Assembly (NCBI RefSeq): GCF_006345805.1
Contig: NC_042997.1
Coordinates: 19,530,001-19,594,000 of the forward strand
DNA: 64,000 bases
Source of the DNA: Octopus sinensis
Taxonomy: Eukaryota
Direction: 5' to 3'
Both the position numbers and the translations under genes were made by a program. The notes below the pieces were generated by a model. That model searched no databases and had not been told where the DNA came from. It saw only the letters and a list, made by a program, of their open reading frames with translations. Shown here piece by piece: positions 1-12,429 of the stretch; within the stretch, counting starts at the first letter, position 1; each line of letters starts with the position of its first letter.

Positions 1-91
1 TGATGCATTTAGCCCCAGGCGATCATCAACGTCACCAGATAGGCTTGACACCATCACGGTGTCCTCTATCCTGCAAAGGGAGATCATTCCC

Positions 92-170
92 CGAAGAAGC
101 GGATGCCACATACGGACCCAGGTTTCAAGGTGTTTGCCTCTCGTCAACGTATGGTAGGCACCGCCCCTCG
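92..170 (-). ncRNA. Second copy of the same hammerhead in the inverted arm
   Basis: Core 109-153 is the exact reverse complement of 411-455. Confidence 0.78.
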
Positions 171-393
171 ACGAACGACTCTCTGTGCAGGATATTTATA
201 TATAGATTTTCACGTACATACATTTACTGATTTCGAAAAACATTCAAATGGCTAATGTCCCTTTTGTTATGGAGCAGTTACTGTCTATATCTCGTTTAGA
301 GAATTATTATTGCTGTCGAACAGATTTTCGAAATCAGTAAATGTATTTACGTGAAAATCTATATATAAATATCCTGCACAGAGAGTCGTTCGT

Positions 394-471
394 CGAGGGG
401 CGGTGCCTACCATACGTTGACGAGAGGCAAACACCTTGAAACCTGGGTCCGTATGTGCATCCGCTTCTTCG
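394..471 (+). ncRNA. Type I hammerhead ribozyme, minimal stem III
   Basis: Stem I CATACG 411-416 / CGTATG 450-455; core TTGACGA 417-423; stem II GAGG-CAAACA-CCTT 424-437; GAA 438-440; stem III ACCTGGGT 441-448; GUC cleavage triplet ending at 449; stem I extends as GCGGTGC/GCA(T)CCGC past an internal loop. Confidence 0.8.
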
Positions 472-622
472 GGGAATGATCTCCCTTTGCAGGATAGAGG
501 ACACCGTGATGGTGTCAGCCTATCTGGTGACGTTGATGATCGCCTGGGGCTAAATGCATCAGTAACACCCCCACCGCCCTGCCCTGTCCCTAGCCACATT
601 CAATGGCTAATGTCCCTTTTGT

Positions 623-719
623 ATATATATAGATGTACATGTAATATGTACACATATATATATACACATATATACATGCACTAGCACTATGACCCGGCAA
701 TGTCGGGTCATAATGCTAG

Positions 720-794
<75 letters not shown>

Positions 795-882
795 TATATA
801 TATGTATATACATATATACATATGTATACATATATGTGTATGTATACATACATAAATATATATGCATATATATATATATATC
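623..882. repeat. Interrupted (TA)n microsatellite
   Basis: Direct reading. Confidence 0.95.
680..720. mobile_element. 41-bp palindrome resembling two back-to-back Helitron 3' ends
   Basis: ACTAGCACTATGACCCGGCA-A-TGTCGGGTCATAATGCTAGT; CTAG+T at both ends; similar to the Helitron end at 29608-29637. Confidence 0.5.
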
Positions 883-1123
883 ACGTGATCACATGACCGA
901 CCAGACTATCAGATTTTGCTACACATCTCTGGTCACAATGCACTTCACATTGTTTTAGCCTTCAAATGACGCCACCCCACTGGGATCGCCAGCAGGGATT
1001 GCCACCACCCCCTGCCGAAGCCTCATGGAGCTATAGGTGTTTTCATTCAATAAACACTCACAACTCCCGGTCTGGAAATCGAACCGTGAGTCCGCTGCCC
1101 TAACCACTGGGCCATTGCACCTC
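880..1123 (-). mobile_element. tRNA-derived SINE (head H1, tail T1)
   Basis: Reverse strand GGTGCAATGGCCCAGTGGTTAGG...GGTTCGATTTCC A/B-box-like head; head and core shared with 34083-34461. Confidence 0.8.
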
Positions 1124-1136
1124 GACACACACACAC

Positions 1137-1169
<33 letters not shown>

Positions 1170-1769
1170 CACACACATATATATATATAGTGGCATCTTG
1201 TACAAAAGCTCCACAGTTATATTTGTGGTTATACTTTTCGTTTTTTTTTTCTTTTTAATTGTTGCAATCATTAGACTGTGGCCATGCTGGGACACCATCA
1301 TGAGAAATTTATAGTCGAATGTATCATCCCCCAAATTTCAACCAGTGCATGAAGTTAAGCCTAGATGGTTTCTCCACATGCTAAAAATAACAGCCAAATC
1401 TCTTGAAAATTTTTTATAACCCCCTGGTTATTCTTCGATATTTTTTATTTTCTAAAATTCTTTTTACTTGTCTCAGTCATTGGACTGCAGCCATGCTGGG
1501 GCACCACATTGAGGAATTTTTAGTTGAATTTATCAATGCCAGAATCTTTTTTAGGTGATTTTCAACCAGCACATGAAGTTAAGCCTAGAAGGTCTCTTCA
1601 CATGCTAGAAACAACAGCCAAATCTTTAAAAATAATTACTTGACCTTTCCTCCCTGCCTGTCTGTCTTCCTCTCTACCTGTCTCTCTCCCTCTCTTATTT
1701 TTCATCCTTTCTGGTTTCTTCTCCTCTCCTTTTCGGCGTTCCCTCTCTCTCTCTCAGTCCTCCTCCTCC

Positions 1770-2280
1770 CTCTCGTCGCTGACCAGAGGGCTACTAACTT
1801 TCTTTCTGACTACTGCCTTCAACAAGTCAACAATGGCTTCTCCTGTCTTTGTAAGCCATTTTCTCAATGCGTTCAAATGAATTTTTCCACCGTCTAGGCT
1901 TAAAAAGCCTTATCGTTTGTTTCTCCTTGTCCTGTCTTTTACTCTTTTTATTTTTATTTGTACTGCTTTTATCTTTATTTGTATTGCTTTTACTGTCCTG
2001 TTCTTGTCACTTTTTTACCCCTCCGCAAAAAAATCCCAAATTTTGTTTGGTTTGCTTTGCGGGAAGGACTGTTTCGGCGGGGTCGTGTCCTGCCCTTACC
2101 TTCGAAACATGCAATAAGTCGAAACAGGGGCAGCTGAGGAAGGGGAATGTTCCTTGTGTTGTATATCTTGTACTCTGATTTTTCGTTGTTGAAAAAAGTC
2201 CGTTTCCATGTTTTGTTTTTATATTTTCGTTTCTCGTGTTCTACTTTTTTCTGTGGTGTCCTGTACCCATATAAGCATGT
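1770..2280 (+). mobile_element. Unclassified repeat (possibly Penelope-like 3' end)
   Basis: Shares ACCCTCCGCAAA..TCCCAAATTTT and the 3' end CCTGYACCCATAT with 38330-38800; ends at a TA tract. Confidence 0.4.
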
Positions 2281-2360
2281 ATATATACATATAGATGTAG
2301 ATATGTACATATATGTATGTATGCATATGTTTTATTTATTAAATTGTTATTATATATATA

Positions 2361-4125
2361 TCATCATCATCGTTCAACATTTGTTTTCCATGCTGGCATG
2401 GACTGGACGGTTCGACTGGGGTCTGGGAAGCCAGGAGGCTGCACCAGTCTCCAGTCTCATTTAGCAGTGTATCTACAGCTGGATCCCCTTCCTAACACCA
2501 ACCACTCCAAGTGTGTAGTGGGTGCTTTTTCATGCCACCGGCACTGGGATCACAACTACAATTTTCATTTGATTTTGGTTTTGATGTTAGCTTTGATTTT
2601 GATACACTTGACTCAATAGGTCTCATCAAGCTCGGCATGATGCCCGATGATCCAAGGTACTTTTTAATGGGCTGGCTATGCGACACTGGAGTAGGCTACA
2701 GCTGTGAACTCACTTTATTTGTCAGGTCTTCTCAGTCACAGCATATCTCCAAAGGTCATGGTCTTTCTTCATTGTCTCTGTGAGGCCCAACGTTCGAAGG
2801 TTATGCTTCACCACCTCATCCCATGTCTCCCCGAGTCTCCCTCTACCTGGAATCCTTCCACTGTTTGGGAGTGGCACTTCTTCATACAGATCTCCTCATC
2901 CATCCATAGTACATGACCTTACCAATGCAAACATCTCTCTTGCATGCTACATCTGAGGCTTCATATGTCTAACATTTCTCTCAGGGCATTTACACCCTTT
3001 CATGTGTGCACACTGCTATTACACATCTAGCAGATCGTGCTAGCTTCATTTCTTTCAAGCCTACGCATGTCTTCAGCAGTCATGGGCCATGTTTCACTGC
3101 CATGAAGCATGGCAGTTCGCACACATGTATCGTACAATCTACCTTTCACTCTGAGCACAAGTCCCTTTCTCACTAGTAGGGGTAGAAGCTTTCTGAACTT
3201 TGCTCAGGCTGTTCTTATTCTAGTGGTAACACTTTCTGAGCATCCACCCCAACTACAGACTTAGTCACCTAGGTAACAGAAGCTATCAACTACTTCTAGA
3301 TTCTCCCCCGGCATGCAATGGAATCTGTTTTATGAGCATCTGTGGTGTTTATTGCCCCTGTGCATTGCAGTACATGAATGCTATCTTCCCGGTTAATCTT
3401 CCTTTGATGTTGCTGCACATCTTATGTCTCCATAGTTTACACTGGGTATATCTTATGGAGTTTCTAGCTACACCTTTTCTACAGATCCAGCAGGGCCACC
3501 TACCTGAAGAGGTGTGTGATGTGTTCGCTTTTCTACTTACTAGAACTTTGGTCTTTGCAATACCAACTCTAAGGCCCTTCGATTCTAAACCTTGCTTCCA
3601 TACCTGATATTTTTCCTCTAGTTCCAATAGTAATTCTGCTATGAGTGCCAGGTCATCAGCATAGAGGAGCTCCCAGGGGCAACCTGTCTTGAATTCCTCT
3701 GTTATTGCCTGGAGGACTATGATGAATAAGAGGGGGCTGAGGGTTGTTCCAGTGGAACCTTACTTCTACCCGGAATTCTTCACTATACTCATTGCCAACC
3801 CTAACCTTACTAACGGTATCTCTTTATAGGGCTTGTAGAACTCTTATTAACCATTCGTGAATCCAGTTTCTGCATCGCACACAGGATAAGGGATTGGGGG
3901 ACCCTGTCAAAGGCTTTCTCCAAGTCCACAAAAGCCAAGAATAGGGGTTTATCTTTGGCTAGGTATTTCTCCTATAGTTGCTGTACCAGGAATATAGTAT
4001 CAGTGGTGCTTCTACCTAGCACAAAACCGAACTGCATCTCATCTAAGCAGATTCTCTCCCTAATTTGTTGAGCTATGACCCTCTACATGACCTTCATCAC
4101 CTGATCCAGCAGTTTGATACCCTAA
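2361..4125 (-). mobile_element. 5'-truncated RTE-clade LINE (RT pseudogene 2722-4125, 3'UTR, (GAT)n tail)
   Basis: Minus-strand motifs GIKLLDQVMKV, DEMQFGF, PWELLYADDL (YADD 3652-3663), DLWRYAVTEKT*; stops/frameshifts present. Confidence 0.92.
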
Positions 4126-4803
4126 TAGAACAGACTTTAAGTAGCCAGATGTGTCCCATTGGTGAGGTCGCAGATAAGAATGAAAGGATTCTGACAAACT
4201 AACTGATACAAACAATTAATCAAACAATTGATTCGTTAACTGGTTTACTTGCTGATAATTAATTATGAATAGAAGTGATATAAAACTATTGTGTTTATTG
4301 GAAAAATATCTCTCCCAAGATACATCTGTTTCAACATACGATTTCACATCAAGAATCTTGCAAAACAAATATAAAAACGAAATATTTATCTATATATATA
4401 TTTGTGTGGAGGAGGGGTGTTTAAGTAGTTTGGCACTAGACAAAATAACAACATTTAATATTTAAATGTACGCATTACATATTGATTAGACAACAATACT
4501 CATTCTATATTTATAACAAAATCCTCAACCACAAACTTAAACTGGACCAGTTCTTTTCTTGAATAATCAATATATCTAAAACAGATATAGAATTTTGATT
4601 AAATGATTAAATTATCAATTGAATAAAAAAAATTTAGTAATCAATTTTCACAATATTAGTAAAATAGCTTTAAAGTATATATAATTTTTAAATAACAATT
4701 TATGCTCATCAACTTTATATCTGCATTTATTTTCTGGTGGTTTTATTAGTATTGCAAAATTGCCTACATATTGTCGGTTATAGCAATCTTGAAATAACTA
4801 ACT

Positions 4804-4878
4804 GTGTGTGTGTGTGTGTGTGCGTGCGTGTGTGTGTGTGTGCGTGTGTGTGTGTGTGTGAGTGTGTGCATATATATA
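4804..4878. repeat. (TG)n(TA)n microsatellite
   Basis: Direct reading. Confidence 0.95.
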
Positions 4879-5529
4879 TTACTCAATATCATCCAGAATC
4901 AACAATGTAAAAAGAGAAGGGAAGAAAAAAGAACAGGCTTAAGCAGATTTTTGTCGGATAACTGTAGCATATAGTCTGTCAAGATATTTACATTGCTTCA
5001 AGAAGACATTGAAAACGTAACAAATTCTTCAGTTTGTTGTTTATCTTCATCACTAATATTGATAGTGTAAACATTTACTTCTGCAAGTTAAATGTAATTT
5101 TTCTTTTCTTTTGTAGTAGTAGTAGTAGTAGTAGTAAATCTACGTTGCTGTTCTATTAGCCCTAGGTCTGATTTACCAGGCTTATGATGAAAGGTGTTTC
5201 TGTCATGGCTATTCTATAATATTGTTTGAAGCATAGTCAATCTTGGATTATATGGCCTGACATGTTCTTCTTTTGTAAGATGGTAAGAAAAATTTGTCTG
5301 ATTTTATAATGGATTTATCATCTAAGTAGAAATCCCTTCCTATGTTGGTTCGTAATCATTAATGTTGCAAACTTATATTTCTGGTGTAGAAAATGTTAAT
5401 CTTAACTTTTTTTGACTACTCTCTTCTGATGCAGGTAACTTTATATAGATTGTTGATGAATATTCATTTGAGGTAATTAAATATAAGCAAGAGACTATCA
5501 CTGAGGTAATGTTTATTGCATGGATTACT

Positions 5530-5760
5530 GTGACTCATTCTCTCCAGTCTGTTCAGTTCACCACTAAACATAGCAAGTCTTCTCAGATTCACTTGGAATC
5601 CCTACACGTTCACTTTATGTAGGTTCGATGTGGTCCACCTGCATTTGCATCCTCATACTTTGGCTCCCAGAGAAGAATGTCACTGATGACCTCATCTTTT
5701 TCCCTCCAGCTATGTTATGCACATCTTGTTCTTCCTTCTCAGATGACGTATGATATTGGC
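5530..5760 (-). mobile_element. Decayed RTE C-terminal fragment (different family)
   Basis: Minus strand reads ...WRGK/KDEVISDILLWEPK..., similar to RTE-1/BovB ORF ends. Confidence 0.5.
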
Positions 5761-5846
5761 AGTAAATTACCATAGAAAAGTTCTTTCATAAGGTGTTGTT
5801 TCCAGGAGGTGTCCAGAGCAGCTCAGAGTATTCTTGTATAAGTTCC

Positions 5847-6160
5847 GACCTTTGCCGGTGGCACATAAAAAGCACCATCCAAACATGGCCAATGCCAGCT
5901 CTGCCTTGACCAGCTTCCGTGCCAGTGGCACGTAAAAAGCACCAACTGATTGTGACCGCTGCCAGCCTCCCCTGGCACCTGTGCTGGTGGCACGTAAAAA
6001 GCACCCACTACACTCACTCAGTGGTTGGCTTTAAGAAGGGCATCCAGCTGTAGAAACACTGCCAGATCAGACTGGAGCCTGGTGCAGCCTCCTGGCTTCC
6101 CAGACCCCGGTCGAACCATCCAACCTATGATAGCATGGAAACGATGATGATGATGATGAT
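5847..6160 (+). mobile_element. RTE 3'UTR fragment
   Basis: GGGCATCCAGCTGTAGAAAC...CATGGAAA..(GAT)n; same UTR as 2361-2700. Confidence 0.85.
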
Positions 6161-6530
6161 GCTTTCCTAGAGTTCATGTTGTACATCCATATAACAGTCT
6201 ACACAACTGCCTGAAAGAAAGCGTGCTTCAAATTTAATGGAAGCTTTTCCAGACTGTTGATAATTTATTCAGGTTACTAATACAGTTTACCTTAACATTT
6301 ATGTATTACCAAGTTTTTGTTATTTGCAATTGGTTATTACAGATGCTTTTCTTTATTTTAATATTTTTCATATGTTACTGTGAGGATCAGACCAATGACC
6401 AAAGGTACACCAGCTGGGACCATTCTATTTTTTTATTATTTTTTATTAGATGTAGAATATGCAAGATTACATTATCCAAATGTGCTCTTTTCTTCTAAAT
6501 GTTAGCAGAGTAGGATATTTAAAAAAAATT

Positions 6531-6924
6531 TTTTTACTTGTTTCAGTCATTTCACTGCAGCCATGCTGGAGCACCGCCTTTAGTCGAGCAAATCAACCCC
6601 AGGACTTATTCTTTGTAAGCCTAGTACTTAATCTATCAGTCTCTTTAGCTGAACTGCTAAGTTATGGGGACGTAAACACACCACCATCGGTTGTCAAGCG
6701 ATGTTGGGGGGGAAAAAAACACAGACACACACACACATACATATATACATATACATATATACGACGGGCTTCTTTCAGTTTCCATCTACCAAATCCACTC
6801 ACAAGGCTTTGGTCGGCCCAGGGCTATAGTAGAAGACACTTGCCCAAGGTGCCACACAGTGGGACTGAATCCGGAACCATGTGGTTGGTAAGCAAGCTAC
6901 TTACCACACAGCCTCTCCTGCACC
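6531..6924 (-). mobile_element. tRNA-derived SINE family A, full length
   Basis: Head GGAGTGGCTGTGTGGTAAG...GGTTCAGTCCC, CORE-like CCTTGGGCAAGTG, internal TA/CA tract, tail GAAACAAGTAAAA. Confidence 0.9.
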
Positions 6925-9900
6925 TATGATGCAAATTTAGTAGCTATTTCTAGCAGTTTAAATGATCAGGCTCACAGAATGTCATCTTTATTGGCACAAT
7001 GTTTCTGATTTCACCCTCAATTTTAATTTCACCTCCAAATATTTTAATTTTCTTTGTTTATTCATGGTGCAATTAAGATCGAGTGGGAATTCAAGATAAC
7101 AAGTTCTGAAAAATTGTTAGCCTTTAGCTTTGGATCTTCTCTGCAATATTTGATTTTATACAGTTAGTTATACAGTTAGTTCTGATTGGTCTGATCTGTG
7201 ATCAAAGGTATTTTAGTCAGGATGACTACTTTACCCAATGTCTTCATTCATAAACTGGTAGGGTTTTATATGAGAGATCTTTCCCAGGCCTTCCTGTTAG
7301 CACATTGTCTACCTAGTTGGTAATTAATGTAAACCCTCTATAATAAAAATTCCAAAACACTGACTTAGGGAAAGTTGTTCTATCATCGAATATGACTTTA
7401 CACATTTACAAAGCCTCTATAAATGCATGGAATCAGCTAGCATCACCCAATTACACGATTTCAATCGTTGTGGTATGCATCAGTTAAAGAATAATTCAGA
7501 ATGTTAATATATCTATGAACGAGTTATTTTACATTTAAAATAAAAAGAAAGTAATGTCAGTCTATCCAAAAAAATCCAGACAAACACTGTTTATGAGGAA
7601 CTTTATATTCATATTCTACTTTTAGAGATAATAAAAAACGTAACTACTTAACTATTATTACAGCTGTCATGATTATAACTAATTTTTGTTATGATAGCAT
7701 GTTCTTATTGTTGGTTTTTAATTATGATTTAAATAATTTAGAATAATTAGCCAATAGACTAAAGAAGGTAGAAATAAGATTAGGATTAGCAGAAATATGA
7801 GAATTTAATGTAAAGATAGGATGTCACCAAGAATGGGTCCACTGCATTTCATTATTAATTATTTATGTCTATATTTTCTCATTATAAAATCTATTGAGGA
7901 ACTGCAGAAAGTATTTCATACTTGGAAAGCTGAATAATTATTTTAAAGAACTAAAAGTCAATAATGCAAAAATTCACTAGTTTCTAACAAACAGAAAGCA
8001 CAAAATTGAAACAGTATATTGAAGCTCAATACTGAATACTCAGTGAAAAATATGGGTACACAAAGAACCTATTTGTTAGAAGTGATACCTTATGGAGTTC
8101 AACGGTCACAAATAGACTGCCCAATCTATGTGGGAATGAGGTGGATGGAGGAAAAGAGTCAGTGACATCAATAGTTGAGGGGCCCTATTGGAAGAGAAAG
8201 AGTGAGGACATGGGTGGAAATAGGACCAGCATAGGCCTTTTTGGCCCCAGGCAGTGCGAGTGGACAGACATGCATAGATGTGTGAGCTAGGAAGGGAATT
8301 AGCAGTAGGTTCTAGAGATAAGTTGGAGGGGTACAGTGCATCTCAGATTTAACCAAGGTAGACAGTCGACACTGAGAGGTATGTTAACTGTACTTCCTTC
8401 CTCATATTACAGTTCCTTCAAATTACAGTCTATACAACTTCACAAAACCAAACTGAACAACAAATTTAATGAGAAATATTCATTTACATATTCTACAATC
8501 ATTGCATTTATGTCTTCATATATAGAAATATTGAGGTCAAAATGAAGTAAATACTATATTGTTTAATGCACAAAACAAAGAAGAAAAAAAGACTATAACA
8601 CTTTTGTAATGTGAAATGTTTAGTTTTTAATTGAAAAGCGTAGCTCATTTTTTAGAACCAGAAAAATAAATGTCACATGAAAGTTTTTTTTCTGTGGCCA
8701 AACAGCTTTGAAAAAAGCCATCTAACTATGTTAATAACTCTTTGATGATGACCAACAAAAAACGATTTTTTCAGTTAAATGTTATAGAGGTATTCTGAAA
8801 TAAGCAGCCATAAATTGCCTGCCCAGACTATCAAACTACATACAACACAATAAACATTCTTTTTAACAGGAAAGCAACAGAAATATTAAATTTAGATCTG
8901 ATGAAATTATATTGCTTACACATTTTCTTTACAGAAAAACTTGTATAACATCTTTGTTGACAGTAATAACTACATGTATATTGCAACAATAAGCAAACAT
9001 TGACCCTTAAACCTACATTGCATTAGTCCACAGTAATATATGAATCTATTTTGTAATAATTCTAAATTGTTATCATAATAAAAGAAACTAGCTAATAATT
9101 TCATTAGCACTTTTGACTGGTCATAGTGTTTGCCATATGATTTACCTTTACTCCATTCCTAGGAAAGACATTTCTTTAACTGCAGTAAAATCTCAAAGAA
9201 TTAAAATTAGATATTTTATGCCAGAAAGTTAAGAAAGCATTGCATGTGAGATGTATAACCTGACTCAATCAAATCTCTAATCTAGACAACTGGAAAATTA
9301 TATTTCTATCTGTTATGTACAAAACTCAATGTTCTAGCTATCTAAAAATTCAGTCTAAGGAAAAAATTACAGTCAGAAATCTATGATTAATTTTTGTTTT
9401 TTTTTATGTTTTAAACCTTCCAGAATTGCTGTGCCAATGGCCTGTATTATTTACATATAGCGTGTGTTACAGATAGCTAAACAAGTAAAAGAATGAAAGA
9501 AAATACAAGAGAAATAAAACAGATGGCTATGTAGTGAAAGAGGTAGAAACATGTATTTATATCTGTTTTGCCCAAACACAAAAAGACAAGCGTAAAAGAA
9601 TGTATAATAGAAAAGAGTTATACATTATACTTCTTGTCATAACAAACCAGACATTGATCTGTTTCCTTTCTTCCTTCTATAAAGGAAGAATTTTCATTAG
9701 TTCAAGCATGGCGATTATGCAAATGATCATTCTACACACATGGCAACTCACTGAACAGAATAAAAATTATTAAATTAACCATAAGTCACTTGTGGCATCT
9801 TTGTATTTCATTGACAAAACACTTGCAGTATGTTGTTTCAATTTTCATGTCAACAAGAGCTAAATTTATCAAAATTTCTTCTGGCTACTGTAAAGGCAGT

Positions 9901-10995
9901 CTCCAACATTTTAAATGTTATTTTTATGTTTTTTTATTTTTCATTTGTTTATCTGTATTTCTATGAAATGATGCTGCAAATCCTATTTTAACTTTGTTTC
10001 TTTGCAGAATATGTTAGCTTTCTCTAAGGCATATCCTCAATAGCATTATTGTAACATTGACAAATTTTACATTATTCTATATCACCATTTTCATTACTCA
10101 ATCTGAAAGTTTCAAACTAAAATTTATTCTCACAGGACATTTAGCTTGATTTTTATGGCTCACAGGCAACTTTAAAGCAATTAAAATTTCTTCCATAATC
10201 AGGTTTGTTGGTTCTGAAGTTCCTGACATTTCAATAGGATGTCCACTGAGACAATTGATTTTTCTGTTGTTGAATCCTTGAATTCAAGAGAAAACTATAA
10301 GATTGGTTTTATGAAGGACATGAAAAACAATACTTTGGTTTCTGAAAGGATATAAGGGAAGTAGAAATATACAAACTTCTCTGAATAAATATCCTCACTT
10401 TATTGGGATTATATTTAACTTTTTAAAAACCATGTTTTGCATTTACTGTTCAAGACTTGAACCTGTGGTAATGTTCTGCAAATCTGGATATTTGCATCAT
10501 ATTTTGAAGCAAGCTACAGCTAAATTTCCTGTCATACTAATAACAAATTATTGTTGTACATATTTTCAGCAGGATTAATTGAGTGAAGGAAAATAATGTA
10601 CCTTGCTTGAGGCAGAAAGCTTTTGGATGAGAAATAGAACAAATTAAATCAGAAAAAAATGAACATGCTAATGTGCTGAACTAATTAGGAATGATAAGTG
10701 CATAGTGGCTTACGAAAGCATCATTGCCATTCCTTATAATGACAAACTTTATGTTTTACTTATGAACAATCAAAGAAAAAAAGAAAAAAAAAACAGGATA
10801 AATTCCATTGTTTCCTTATGTATTATTAATGTTTATTGAATTTCTTTTTCCTTCCTTTCTAGAAAGACAGCACAAATTGAAAACTGATTTGATATGCCAA
10901 TAAACAACTTATTCGATATTAAGCTAAAACTGAAATTTCGTAAGAATTTCAGTATAATATTTCTGTACAGTCAATAAATCAACAAACACACACAA

Positions 10996-11054
<59 letters not shown>

Positions 11055-11218
11055 TCTTTCTGGTTACAGGGCACAAGCTGCTTAGCTAATATTAGCATAG
11101 AAAATGTATTGGTCAACCAAGATGTTAAGATACAGAATTGTTGCCCAAAGATCAGCACAAGAGAACTATGTAGTTAAGTGAATTTCTTAAACACCCAGCC
11201 ATGCTTGCATCTATGTTG

Positions 11219-11600
11219 TTACTCTTTTACTCTTTACTCTTTTACTTGTTTCAGTCATTTGACTGCGGCCGTGCTGGGGCACCGCCTTTTAGTCGAGCAA
11301 ATCGACCCCGGGACTTATTCTTTGTAAGCCCAGTACTTATTCTATCGGTCTCTTTTGCCGAACCGCTAAGTGACGGGGACGTAAACACACCACCATATAC
11401 AGACAAACACAGACACACACATATATATACATATATACGACAGGCTTCTTTCAGTTTCCGTCTACCAAATCCACTCACAAGGCATTGGTCGGCCCGGGGC
11501 TATAGCAGAAGACACTTGCCCAAGATGCCACGCAGTGGGACTGAACCCGGAACCATGTGGTTGGTAAGCAAGCTACTTACCACACAGCCACTCCTGCGCC
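11219..11600 (-). mobile_element. SINE family A
   Basis: Near-identical to the other family A copies; CpGs retained. Confidence 0.9.
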
Positions 11601-11902
11601 TAGTCATATTTTACTGATTACAAGCTACACATAAATTTTTAAATTTTTTCTGTCTTACAGTAGATCTTATTAAATCACATTAAGTTGCCATTGTTCAGCA
11701 ATTTAAGTAATATTAGCACTTATTTCTCAAAGAGTGAATAAAAACACTGAATTTACCTTGTTGGTTTGGATTTCACATATAGAGATTTAGAATGTTACTC
11801 GATGTTAAAATAAAATAAATGTTATTTTGGTGAAACAGCAATTTTGTCAATGTGAAGTTAGTCATAAAATTACATAACAGAGAAGATTATTTTAAATTAC
11901 AG

Positions 11903-12046
11903 AAAAGGGCATCCAGCTGTAGAAACTTTGCAAGATCAGATTGGAGTCTGGTGCAGCCATCTGGTTCACCAAACCTCAGTCAAATCGTCCAACCCATGCT
12001 GGCATGGAAAGCGGACGTTAAACGATGATGATGATGGTGACGACGA
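11903..12046 (+). mobile_element. RTE 3'UTR fragment
   Basis: Same UTR and (GAT)n tail. Confidence 0.85.
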
Positions 12047-12429
12047 TCTATTGCAATCATGTTTGATTCAAATATTTCTCAACAATTAAAATGTTTGTGT
12101 ATATATATTCTGTATGCATCCTTAATTCTTTAAGCTCATAATAATCCTGAAGAATTCAAGCACAATAAAATCTATGCCTATATATATATTCTATATAAAT
12201 CCTTCCAAGAAAAATGTTAACCTTAGTTCTATAAGCTGATAATGACCCTAAAGAAGTTAAAAATGATACCATTCATAGCATAAAACCAAATGCTTAGAAT
12301 TGCATATCAACTAGGAGCTAGAAATGAAACATATGTAGGTGTTTTCTGCATCTCCCATTTTCTTTTTAAGCTTTACAACTTTTAATTTATTTGTATAATT
12401 TGTGCTTTTTTTATTTCAATATCTTTATA

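Larger units (their letters stand above)
1..622. mobile_element. Penelope-pLTR/retrozyme-like element: sense unit 240-622 plus inverted 5'-truncated copy 1-239 (runs off the window)
   Basis: Arms 1-239 and 325-561 are reverse complements with 3 differences; direct repeat 240-267 / 596-622; a hammerhead in each arm; ends at a (TA)n tract. Confidence 0.6.

Noticed and set aside
1-561. Fold-back read or assembly artefact as the explanation of the inverted arms
   Set aside because: Not excluded, since two of the three differences are 1-bp indels. It is disfavoured because the terminal redundancy and hammerhead fit Penelope-type architecture, and similar older diverged structures occur in the window.
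3-599. ORFs 3-230 and 285-599 sharing a peptide
   Set aside because: They share sequence only because of the inverted repeat, read antisense to the hammerhead, and resemble no family.
10863-10939. Plus-strand exon with strong acceptor and GTAAGA donor
   Set aside because: Stops in all three frames and no supporting neighbours. It could be non-coding but cannot be supported.
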